Origin: a virus
IMG/VR virus record: IMGVR_UViG_3300045988_015843
Length of the DNA: 64,000 nt
Reading direction: 5' to 3' (one strand)
Shown here: positions 1 to 6,719 of the stretch, piece after piece
Position numbering within the stretch: the stretch's first letter is position 1
Layout of the letters: every line of letters starts with the position of its first letter
The notes under the pieces: generated by a model
The model's database searches: none
Seen by the model: the letters and a program-made list of their open reading frames with translations, nothing else
What the model was told of the DNA's origin: nothing
Made by a program: the position numbers and the translations under genes

Positions 1-623
1 GCTCGTTCAGCTTTCAAACCTTTAGATAACAAGGTCTTATATACGGATTCAGATGCTGTTATATGATCTTTAAACAGCTTCTTTGTTTCAGCATCATACG
101 TATTCCAGTCAGACGGATAGATATATTCAAGATCTCCGTTATACGTAACATACCTTGTACTTTCTTGCAGGAATGAAAATACTCTATGTCTCATGAATGA
201 TTGAGAGTTAATCCTGTTGCACGTAATCCTGAATGAATAACGCTTTACGTGAAGCTTATGGGGCTCTGTGAGATATTTGAGATCGTAAGTCCAACCATTC
301 TCGATAACCATTCGATAGTTTGTTGTTATGTATGCATTTCCATCAAACTCGATAACTCTAGAATACTTGTTTTGTTGATACATCTTAACCATCCCTTTGT
401 ACAACTTCTCGGTTTTAGGTATTGTCAAATAGATCGTAGCATGCTCTAATGCTGCACCATGGTTGTACGATATGAGTTTATTAGTAAATGCCTCAGCTGT
501 TGTAGAACGCCCATTCTCATCAAAAGACATATTCTTCTCTGATTTGTACGAAGTTCTACCAGCAAGCTCAACCATTTCGAATATTCCAAGTTTGTCGTAC
601 TGCTGAGTAAGTAATTCAACATG
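1..623 (-). CDS. thyX: Flavin-dependent thymidylate synthase ThyX; the C-terminal end runs off the left edge of the window
   Basis: Missing from the ORF track because it has no stop inside the window. The reverse frame is open from ATG (623..621) down to position 1. The translation contains the ThyX signature FMRHRVFSFLQESTRY (RHRxxSxxxxSxRY) and an N-terminal EMVELAGRTSYKSE motif. There is no in-frame TAG. A better-looking N-terminus (MKMIKPHVELLTQQ, ATG at 642..640) lies one frame off; see findings. Confidence 0.8.
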
Positions 624-712
624 TGGTTTAATCATCTTCATAATCAACGTTGTTATATATTCTTAATAACTTCTTCTATGCTTGTATCATGCGATCAACA
701 GATTTTACATAT

Positions 713-1189
713 TCAGGATCTGTTGCTGTTGATTTTAGCCTAGACGTGCGCTACATATTTTGTGCACTCTTTTGTTTCTGGTCCGTGTTCTCCTTGTGTG
801 ACATAGTGATATGATTGATTCTATTTAAACTCGTTGTATTTTCTATATGCTTTGCTTCGTATGTATCTATCACTATCTCGATGTATGTGTTTTAACATAG
901 ACTCTCCTGTAACGCATCCTGAGACTCCTAGGTTGCAAATATTGTCTAAAAAAGATAAAATTCCATCTTCTCCAAACTATTTTTTTAATATTCCATATGT
1001 CTCTGTTGCTTGTACAACATAAGGATTGTGTTTATCGTACATTGGATCAACACCAGCTATATACGAAATATTCATAGGAATCTTGTGTATATAGAAATAT
1101 TTGCATGTATCTGTTACAGGAACTGATTTCTACTACATAGATAAGAAATCCGCATAATACAAAATAGCACTTAATTCAAACTTATTCAT
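713..1189 (-). CDS. Hypothetical protein, 158 aa, recoded with 5 in-frame TAG including a tandem TAG-TAG. The N-terminal LYYADF motif weakly resembles DUF4065/Panacea-type proteins.
   Basis: I checked plus-strand triplets in phase with 1187-1189 (CAT = ATG) one by one. CTA (= TAG) occurs at 740, 821, 977, 1130 and 1133. There is no TTA or TCA until TCA at 713-715 (= TGA stop). A run of 159 codons without TAA/TGA in AT-rich DNA is very unlikely by chance. The family assignment is weak. Confidence 0.6.
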
Positions 1190-1194
1190 GTTAT

Positions 1195-1386
1195 CTAATA
1201 TAATCTAATTAGTCTCATGAGTCTATGTAGGGACGTAAGAAGTAATATTATATAGTCTTACTTTCCTAAGGAGACTCATGTTATATTATATATAGTCTTA
1301 CTTATTATCATGAGACTCATGTATATATTATTAGTCTTACTATTCTACTTAGACTCATGTTATTATATTAGCTAATATAATCTAAT
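1195..1386. repeat. Iteron-like repeat array in the divergent intergenic region
   Basis: There are three tandem ~40-bp units, each TAGTCTTACT-N8/9-(G/T)AGACTCATGT. AGTCTTAC occurs at 1254, 1294 and 1333; AGACTCATGT at 1272, 1313 and 1351. Each unit holds the inverted pair AGTCT/AGACT. A near-palindrome AGTCTCATGAGTCT lies at 1211-1224. The whole array is bracketed by a 15-bp direct repeat CTAATATAATCTAAT (1195-1209 and 1372-1386). Confidence 0.8.
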
Positions 1387-1498
1387 ATAGTTTATATATA
1401 ATATAATATTCCCCCGAAGCTCTCGTGGCTGTAACGTATTAACTAAGCGTTTTGGTTTCACAAGCTATGAAAAAATTTATAAAAAAATAAATTTTTAA

Positions 1499-1506
1499 TA
1501 TTTTTG
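1499..1506 (+). promoter_or_regulatory. Candidate Bacteroidota-type -7 promoter element (TAnnTTTG) upstream of the early plus-strand genes
   Basis: TATTTTTG at 1499-1506 matches TAnnTTTG and lies 59 nt upstream of ATG 1565. I found no well-spaced -33 TTTG, so this is weak. Confidence 0.2.
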
Positions 1507-1564
1507 CAACCAAAATGCGCACTTCATACGTTACTGCCCCAGTAATTTAAAACAACAGATTGCT

Positions 1565-1969
1565 ATGACAAAGAAATTAGAAGTGATTGAACCGTTCTTC
1601 GGACTTGAACTTGGTGATGTTATGAATCTCTCTGATGACGAAAAGTCTTATGTTGCAGAGTATAATTCTGCATACAAGGAGAATGACGATGATGATTCTT
1701 CTGTAAAGGCTACCTATTCGTCCAAGTGCTCTATCTCTGTCGATTATGCAAAAGAGCTTATTGACGAGGGCATGCTTAAGGAGCTCATTGATAAATCAGA
1801 GCCGTTTATAAATGTGTTTGATGAGATCGATTCATTGATTGAGAAGTATACGTATGACCTGAACAAGGTTGATACACAGGATATGCCTGAGTGTATGAAG
1901 GTCGAACAACGTACAGTGATGCTTAATCTCATCAAAGTTCTTAACTATTTAAAGGGTCTTAAGAAGTAA
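1565..1969 (+). CDS. Hypothetical acidic protein (134 aa), early block
   Basis: Intact ORF ending in TAA with no in-frame TAG. It is the first gene after the divergent intergenic region. Confidence 0.6.
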   Translation: MTKKLEVIEPFFGLELGDVMNLSDDEKSYVAEYNSAYKENDDDDSSVKATYSSKCSISVDYAKELIDEGMLKELIDKSEPFINVFDEIDSLIEKYTYDLNKVDTQDMPECMKVEQRTVMLNLIKVLNYLKGLKK

Positions 1970-2385
1970 TGCAAGAGAAGATTAATCAGAAACCTTTAGC
2001 TGAGGATGTAAGTAATAAGATCAAATATGAGTTCTTTGACAGCTTTTTAGTAAAGCCGCTTACACCAGTAAAGGTCAAGAAGGAATTCAGTACACCGATT
2101 GCGACAGATAAGCCTAAGGCTGATAAGAACGGAATCGAGGCAACTGATTATGATAAAGTAAAGAAAGAAGTTAAAGAGGTTGATTCAGACTATTTAACAG
2201 GTATTGTACTTAAGGTTCCATACAGATATACTAAATGGATGGGTAATGAGAAGAGTTATGATCTTCCTCCGATACATGTTGGAGATACGATTTTCTATAA
2301 AGCCAGACACTTTGAGTACTTCGATCTTGTTAAAGACTCTCATCTAGTACGACAATTTGACATTATCGGAAAGGTCCATGATTGA
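1969..2385 (+). CDS. Hypothetical protein, possibly a GroES/gp31-like co-chaperonin fold
   Basis: Intact ORF. The pattern FLVKPL..VKVKKE ... TGIVL ... HVGDTIFY ... DIIGKV follows the GroES layout (IKPL..RV.VK / GGIVL / VGD.V.F / DILA). This is motif-level resemblance only. Confidence 0.35.
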   Translation: MQEKINQKPLAEDVSNKIKYEFFDSFLVKPLTPVKVKKEFSTPIATDKPKADKNGIEATDYDKVKKEVKEVDSDYLTGIVLKVPYRYTKWMGNEKSYDLPPIHVGDTIFYKARHFEYFDLVKDSHLVRQFDIIGKVHD

Positions 2386-2587
2386 TGTTAATAGTTTGAG
2401 CAATCAAATATCTAAAGAACTCAATATTGATAAAAACATTGTCAATGATGTTATACACCAGGTATTTGATTGTACAGCAACGATTATGAAAGACCCGAAT
2501 GATCAAAGAGATATATTGTTTGCTAAGTTATTTAAATTTAAATTAAAACCAAGATTTAAACATGAAAACGATTGCAGCGACGTATAA
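2378..2587 (+). CDS. Hypothetical small protein (69 aa from ATG 2378)
   Basis: Taken from the track ORF 2357..2587. ATG 2378 forms an ATGATTGA overlap with the stop of the upstream gene. No TAG. Confidence 0.45.
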   Translation: MIDVNSLSNQISKELNIDKNIVNDVIHQVFDCTATIMKDPNDQRDILFAKLFKFKLKPRFKHENDCSDV

Positions 2588-2891
2588 TTCAGATGTACTT
2601 ATTGTCGATACAGAAACCGCTAATATCGAACCGCTTGATGTACAAAGGAATGCGTGCAACAGAGTATACATGGCTCCTGAAGATATGCATTTCAAGTTCA
2701 TAGATCGCGACAGGAGTGTTGAAGAGTTCGATGTTAAAGCTGGCGATATTATACTTGCGTTTTGGGATACAGATTTTCCGCACAAGTATATAAAGATAAC
2801 ATCTGACGAGTGGAAAGAAAACCTCGATAACTATAATAAACGAATGAAAGAACTTAAAACAATTAACGATGAAGTCAATGAAGCCTGTTAA
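2562..2891 (+). CDS. Hypothetical protein (109 aa)
   Basis: Intact ORF, TAA stop, no TAG. Confidence 0.5.
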   Translation: MKTIAATYNSDVLIVDTETANIEPLDVQRNACNRVYMAPEDMHFKFIDRDRSVEEFDVKAGDIILAFWDTDFPHKYIKITSDEWKENLDNYNKRMKELKTINDEVNEAC

Positions 2892-3231
2892 GAAATATGT
2901 GATCGTAGATCTTACAAACGTTGAGAGCCCCAGTGATGTATATGCAGCTTTTGTAGAGGCTAAGTGTGGTGTAGAGCCTATCACTAAAGAGGAGATGTTC
3001 AACTACGCTATGCACGTCACAGAGCTGATGAATTCAAACATCGTCAAGTCATGCGCTTATCTAGTAGATTATATTGATGCACTGATTGATACAATTGAGA
3101 GTGTTTATGATAATGATGATTCTGATGACGCTGAGAATGCCGTAAAGAAGCGAGAGGGTGAGGAGAATGAGGTTGAGAAGAAGCCTAATATCTTCAAGCG
3201 TTTCTGGAACTGGATTACACGTAAGAAATAA
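2869..3231 (+). CDS. Hypothetical acidic protein (120 aa)
   Basis: Intact ORF, TAA stop, no TAG. Confidence 0.5.
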   Translation: MKSMKPVKKYVIVDLTNVESPSDVYAAFVEAKCGVEPITKEEMFNYAMHVTELMNSNIVKSCAYLVDYIDALIDTIESVYDNDDSDDAENAVKKREGEENEVEKKPNIFKRFWNWITRKK

Positions 3232-3278
3232 ATAGTTGGTTACTAAAAACTATCTGCAGTGACACACAACACTGCAAT

Positions 3279-3370
3279 GCGGGAGTAGCTTATGAGGTAG
3301 AGCAGTGTGAAGTCTGGAATAATATCAGATGAGATCCTCATGGAAGCAGGTTCGAGTCCTGCCCCTGCGC
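3279..3370 (+). tRNA. Atypical tRNA-like gene with a type II (long variable arm) layout; anticodon not assignable by eye
   Basis: Elements that fit a type II tRNA:
- T arm GCAGG-TTCGAGT-CCTGC (3346-3362)
- D arm GCTT-ATGAGGTA-GAGC (3288-3303)
- acceptor 5' TGCGGGA(G) against 3' CCCTGCG, 6 of 7 pairs
- hairpin TCTGG-AATAATA-TCAGA (3313-3329)
- variable-arm hairpin TGAG-ATC-CTCA (3330-3340)
Problems: 8 extra nt (3305-3312) lie between the D and anticodon arms, and the 7-nt loop lacks U33. Read conventionally the anticodon would be UAA (Leu). It could be a degenerate or unusual tRNA. Confidence 0.45.
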
Positions 3371-3383
3371 AAAAAACTACAAT

Positions 3384-3602
3384 ATGCGGCTAAAAGAATC
3401 TAATAGACCAAAACATTTGTTGTACGCTATTCCTGCAGCATTTGTTGGTACGATATTATTCAGTACAGGTCTAGCGTTTGGAATGGAGTTTAAAGACAAA
3501 CAATGGGGAGGTAAGTTCGATTGGCTTGATATAGCTGCTACAGAAATAGGTGGTTTAATCGGACAAGCACTTCAAATAGGAGTGATTTCATTATTTGTTT
3601 AA
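3384..3602 (+). CDS. Small membrane protein (72 aa, two hydrophobic segments)
   Basis: Intact ORF. Hydrophobic stretches: LLYAIPAAFVGTILFSTGLAF and IGGLIGQALQIGVISLFV. Confidence 0.5.
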   Translation: MRLKESNRPKHLLYAIPAAFVGTILFSTGLAFGMEFKDKQWGGKFDWLDIAATEIGGLIGQALQIGVISLFV

Positions 3603-3606
3603 TTAA

Positions 3607-3631
3607 TTAACCTCCTTAAGAAAGAGGTTAA
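3607..3631 (+). terminator. Perfect 8-bp hairpin between the membrane-protein gene and the tRNA 5' half
   Basis: TTAACCTC-CTTAAGAAA-GAGGTTAA. There is no downstream T-run, so it may be a processing or attenuating structure rather than a terminator. Confidence 0.3.
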
Positions 3632-3669
3632 CACTGCCCTATGGTGTAGCGATTAGCACAAGAGGCTCT

Positions 3670-4648
3670 TTTATCCAATGAATAATTGAATATATGGAAA
3701 ATAAAATATATAAGCTCTCAGACGAACAGTTTGTTGAGCTGCTCAAGAATAGTTCGACTATATCTGAAGTGTTATTTAAATTAGGTTATAGTGTAAAGGG
3801 TAATTCTTGGGGGTTTGCTAAAGTTAAACAAAGAATGTCTGATTTAAATTTAGACGGAAGTATATTTAAAGGTAAATCTCCAATTACGAAATATGGTACT
3901 TTACACAAAGTAAATGCTTCAGATATATTAAAACCTAATTGTAAACATGCTCGTTCTGTTTTAAGACGATATGTCATAAAAAATAATCTAATCCCATATC
4001 GATGTGCGATTTGCGGATGTGTTGAATGGCAAGGTCGTACATTAAGCTTAGAGCTTGATCATATAAACGGAATCAACAACGATAATCGTATAGAAAATCT
4101 ACGATTTCTATGTCCGAATTGTCATAGTCAGACAACTACTTATGGTAGTAGAAATCAACAAAGAAATGATTCTGAATATGAAATTACAGACGATCTTAGA
4201 AATTTAGTTGAAGCTGAGTATCAAAAACGTCGTAATATAAAACAAGTTTCTTCAGCACTTGGTGTTCGTAGACATGTTGTAAACAGGATTGTTAGCGAAA
4301 GCGGTTTGAAAAAATCTAATCAAAAATATGTGATTCGATACGATGAGAACTGGAACGAAATTGCACGATATGGTTCTTTGATAGAGACTGCAAAGCAACT
4401 TATTCTCAACAACGAAGTTAAAACAAAACGAATTAAAACATGTACTCGTACGATCATGTACAATAAGGATAATTTTTGGTTGAACAGTCATTGGAAAATA
4501 TTGGATGGTAGCGGGATAATAAATAATCCGCTATTAGAATCTTCTCTAATTGACTCGGAAGACAATGTTGACGAGGCGCAAGCGAAAGCAGCGTGACAGA
4601 CTGAACGAGAAGACTGGTCTTAGGACTGGATGCAACAGTCGATTTATG
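3670..4648 (+). mobile_element. 979-nt intervening sequence in the anticodon loop of the suppressor tRNA, carrying an HNH homing-endonuclease ORF (group I intron-like; ribozyme core not verified)
   Basis: The 5' exon ends in U (3669) and the intervening sequence ends in G (4648), as at group I splice sites. No other junction giving a 7-nt loop satisfies both rules. The 3' flank has a GNRA-capped hairpin (AAGC-GAAA-GC, about 4578-4590) and ACUG...CAGU pairings (4600-03 / 4636-39). Only 24 nt precede the ORF and 52 nt follow it, so any catalytic core would have to overlap the coding sequence. Confidence 0.4.
3694..4596 (+). CDS. HNH homing endonuclease (300 aa)
   Basis: The motif CAICGC...LELDHINGINNDNRIENLRFLCPNCHSQ matches H-N-H with flanking Cys pairs. 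TGA stop, no in-frame TAG. It lies entirely inside the tRNA intervening sequence. Confidence 0.9.
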   Translation: MENKIYKLSDEQFVELLKNSSTISEVLFKLGYSVKGNSWGFAKVKQRMSDLNLDGSIFKGKSPITKYGTLHKVNASDILKPNCKHARSVLRRYVIKNNLIPYRCAICGCVEWQGRTLSLELDHINGINNDNRIENLRFLCPNCHSQTTTYGSRNQQRNDSEYEITDDLRNLVEAEYQKRRNIKQVSSALGVRRHVVNRIVSESGLKKSNQKYVIRYDENWNEIARYGSLIETAKQLILNNEVKTKRIKTCTRTIMYNKDNFWLNSHWKILDGSGIINNPLLESSLIDSEDNVDEAQAKAA

Positions 4649-4700
4649 AACCCTCCTGGTCCGGGTTTGACTCCTGGTAGGGCTACTAAAATATAATAAG

Positions 4701-5264
4701 ATGGAAATTAAATTCAAGAAACTTTCTCATAAGGCTGTAATGCCTTCAAAAGCACATAAGACAGATGCTGGTTTTGATCTAACTACTACGGGTATAACGA
4801 CAGAGTTGAATGAGTGTGGTCAGTTGGTGATCGTATATCATACAGATCTTGCATTAGAGATTCCTGAAGGATACTTTGCTCTGGTGATGCCAAGATCATC
4901 TATTGCAAAGAAGTCATTACGTCTTACGAATAGTTGTGGTGTGATCGATTCAGGCTATCGTGGTGAAATACTTGGTAAATTTATCGCAACTACAGATGTT
5001 GTTCCTGCCGTATACAAGGTTGATGATAAATTTGCTCAGCTGGTGATCTTGCCTGTTCCTGATGTAGAGTTTGTTGAGTCTGATAATTTTTCAGAATCTG
5101 ATCGAGCTGATGGTGGTTACGGATCTTCTGATAAGGCACAGACTGCTGTAGACTCTGATACTAATACATCTGGCAACGACGAAAATATTTCAGTGCGAAG
5201 TGCACGACCGACAGATTGGCAGTCTGCAGTAACTGAGGACAATCAGTGCGAGTCTGCAGCATAA
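4701..5264 (+). CDS. dut: dUTP diphosphatase (dUTPase) with an acidic/Ser-rich C-terminal extension
   Basis: Motifs: AGFDL, PRSSIAKK, GVIDSGYRGEI. Intact ORF with no TAG. Confidence 0.85.
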   Translation: MEIKFKKLSHKAVMPSKAHKTDAGFDLTTTGITTELNECGQLVIVYHTDLALEIPEGYFALVMPRSSIAKKSLRLTNSCGVIDSGYRGEILGKFIATTDVVPAVYKVDDKFAQLVILPVPDVEFVESDNFSESDRADGGYGSSDKAQTAVDSDTNTSGNDENISVRSARPTDWQSAVTEDNQCESAA

Positions 5265-5292
5265 TAACACATGACAACCATCAAGGTTGTTT

Positions 5293-5367
5293 GGAAGTTT
5301 AGCTCAGTTGGTTTAGAGCGTCTGCCTTACAAGCAGAAGGTCGATGGTTCGAATCCACCAACTTCCA
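5293..5367 (+). tRNA. tRNA-Val (anticodon UAC)
   Basis: Cloverleaf elements:
- acceptor GGAAGTT/AACTTCC, 7 of 7
- D arm GCTC-AGTTGGTTTA-GAGC
- anticodon arm TCTGC-CTTACAA-GCAGA
- variable AGGTC
- T arm GATGG-TTCGAAT-CCACC, one mismatch
- discriminator A
Total length 75 nt. Confidence 0.85.
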
Positions 5368-5403
5368 CCTTCATTTTTTTCATACTGACTTTTTGAATTT
5401 GCG

Positions 5404-5427
5404 TTACTCCAACTTCGGTTGGAGTAA
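5404..5427 (+). terminator. Perfect 10-bp hairpin with a UUCG tetraloop at the boundary between the TAG-free early island and the recoded late genes
   Basis: TTACTCCAAC-TTCG-GTTGGAGTAA. A T7 run precedes it at 5374-5380; no T-run follows. Confidence 0.35.
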
Positions 5428-5451
5428 TTGCGTATATACGTATATATAAAT

Positions 5452-5943
5452 ATGATTTATTCAAAGCTTAGACGTACAAATATACAGAATGCGGCAGGTA
5501 CTCCTGTCACACCTCGTATTTTACATATGCAAGAGCCTGATAAATTGAAAATCGTGGATAGCTCTCAGTTTCAATTCGGAGATGTTCTCGATGCAAAATC
5601 TACAATGGAACTTATCGGAAAGGGCGGTGGTTCTGGTGTAGATATGAAAATGCTCTAGGCATATGTGAACAAAATGACGATTGAGTATGATCCAGCAACT
5701 AAATCTGTAAAACTAATCTCTCCAGATGGGATTGTTATTGGATCTGCTGATATGTCATCTATTGCAACAGAGGGTGGTGTTGCAATTGAATCTGGTTCTT
5801 ACGATAAGGGTAGTGATAAACAGAACGTGCTGCGTCTGAAAATGACTGACGGATCTTCTAAGGAGATCTTGATGAACGATGTTATGGACTCTAATGACGA
5901 TTATTCTATCGACACAAAAGACATCGCATCAATCTTAAATTAA
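5452..5943 (+). CDS. Hypothetical protein (163 aa), 1 in-frame TAG (5656)
   Basis: Track ORFs 5428..5658 and 5665..5943 share frame 1 and are separated only by TAG. The start is taken at ATG 5452. Confidence 0.5.
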
Positions 5944-6024
5944 TCACTTAAATTTTTAAATTATGGAAGAGATTAACAAAATTTATACGAGTGACACGGC
6001 TAATAGCTTTAGCAATGGTGCTTG

Positions 6025-6708
6025 ATGGGCGCAATGCTTGGTAATAATGACCGCAACGATGCCTTGACAGCTATGTTAGCTAATGGTGGTAATCAGCAGA
6101 TGTGGAATAACCCGTTTGCATATCTGATATGGTTGATATTTACCGGTCAGTTCGGTGGCTTCGGCAATAACGCAAATAATTGCATTGGTGATCAAATCCA
6201 GAATTTACAAAATCAGATTCAAGACAACCATAATAGTGATCTCACTATGCAGGCTGTCAATGGTAACACTGGTGCTATTGCACAACTATCTCAGACATTG
6301 AATGTCGGATTCGATCAGGTACAGTCAGCTGTTAACCAGATGACTACGATGATGTAGGGTGGTATGAACAATATTAATACATCCATTTTATCTCAGGGTT
6401 ACCAGAATCAACTGAACAATTGTCAACAGACAAATACTATTCTGATGCAGAGTCAGGCGCTTCAGAATGCTGTTCAGAACGGTTTCGCACAGGTAGGTTT
6501 CCAGGCTGAGCGAAACGCATGTGATGCTAAGGAAACAAGTACACAGAATACACAGAAGATCATTGATACCCTGACTAATCATTGGAATCTGGAACAGCAG
6601 ACTACGATTCAGCAACTACGCGATGAGATTGGTAGATTAAATCAAACCAATGCTCTAATCTCAGTTCTTAAACCGAGCTCTGCTGTCACAACAACTACAA
6701 CAGTTTAA
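6025..6708 (+). CDS. Q/N-rich hypothetical protein with one hydrophobic segment (227 aa), 1 in-frame TAG (6355)
   Basis: Track ORFs 6022..6357 and 6364..6708 share a frame and are joined by TAG. TAA stop. Confidence 0.55.
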
Positions 6709-6719
6709 TAAAATAATAA

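Larger units (their letters stand above)
3635..4685 (+). tRNA. Split amber-suppressor tRNA(CUA), tRNA-Gln-like; exons 3635-3669 and 4649-4685
   Basis: Cloverleaf after removing 3670-4648:
- acceptor UGCCCUA (3635-3641) pairs with UAGGGCU (4678-4684): 6 Watson-Crick pairs plus U1:U72
- U8
- D stem GUGU/GCAC (3644-47 / 3656-59) with loop AGCGAUUA
- anticodon stem (A)GAGG / CCUC(C) (3661-65 / 4652-56)
- 7-nt loop CUCU|AAC = C32 U33 C34 U35 A36 A37 C38
- 4-nt variable loop
- T arm CCGGG-UUUGACU-CCUGG (4661-4677)
- discriminator A4685
The mature length is 72 nt. U1 and the AGCG..UA D loop resemble tRNA-Gln. Confidence 0.6.

Noticed and set aside
249-1022. Plus-strand track ORFs 249..449 and 834..1022
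   Set aside because: They lie antisense to thyX and to the recoded minus-strand gene and have low-complexity, Cys/Leu-rich translations. They are shadow ORFs.
1251-1360. CRISPR array
   Set aside because: There are only three about 40-bp units, with no unique spacers of comparable length. The units are internally inverted-repeat-containing and AT-rich, consistent with iterons or operators.
3644-3693. A canonical group I P1 helix / internal guide sequence for the proposed tRNA intron
   Set aside because: I could not find a convincing GGAG-type guide. The best candidates are TGAGC at about 3735, which pairs 4 bp but puts U opposite the splice-site U, and ATGGAA at about 3694, with 3 bp. The element is therefore reported only as group I-like and unverified.
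4616-4685. A contiguous 70-nt tRNA with acceptor GGTCTTA/TAGGGCT and D-like hairpin ACTG-GATGCAA-CAGT
   Set aside because: No anticodon stem can form in 4640-4660, and three of the seven acceptor pairs would be G:U. The T arm and 3' acceptor are explained far better as the 3' exon of the split tRNA whose 5' half lies at 3635-3669.
4649-4690. A tRNA 3'-half acting as a phage attachment (attP) site
   Set aside because: No integrase or recombinase gene is visible anywhere in the window, and the matching 5' half of the same tRNA is present 1 kb upstream.
5964-6026. A 20-codon ORF (MEEINKIYTSDTANSFSNGA) possibly frameshifting into the 6025 gene
   Set aside because: There is no slippery sequence or conserved motif. 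The downstream gene has its own ATG, and the short ORF is within chance expectation.
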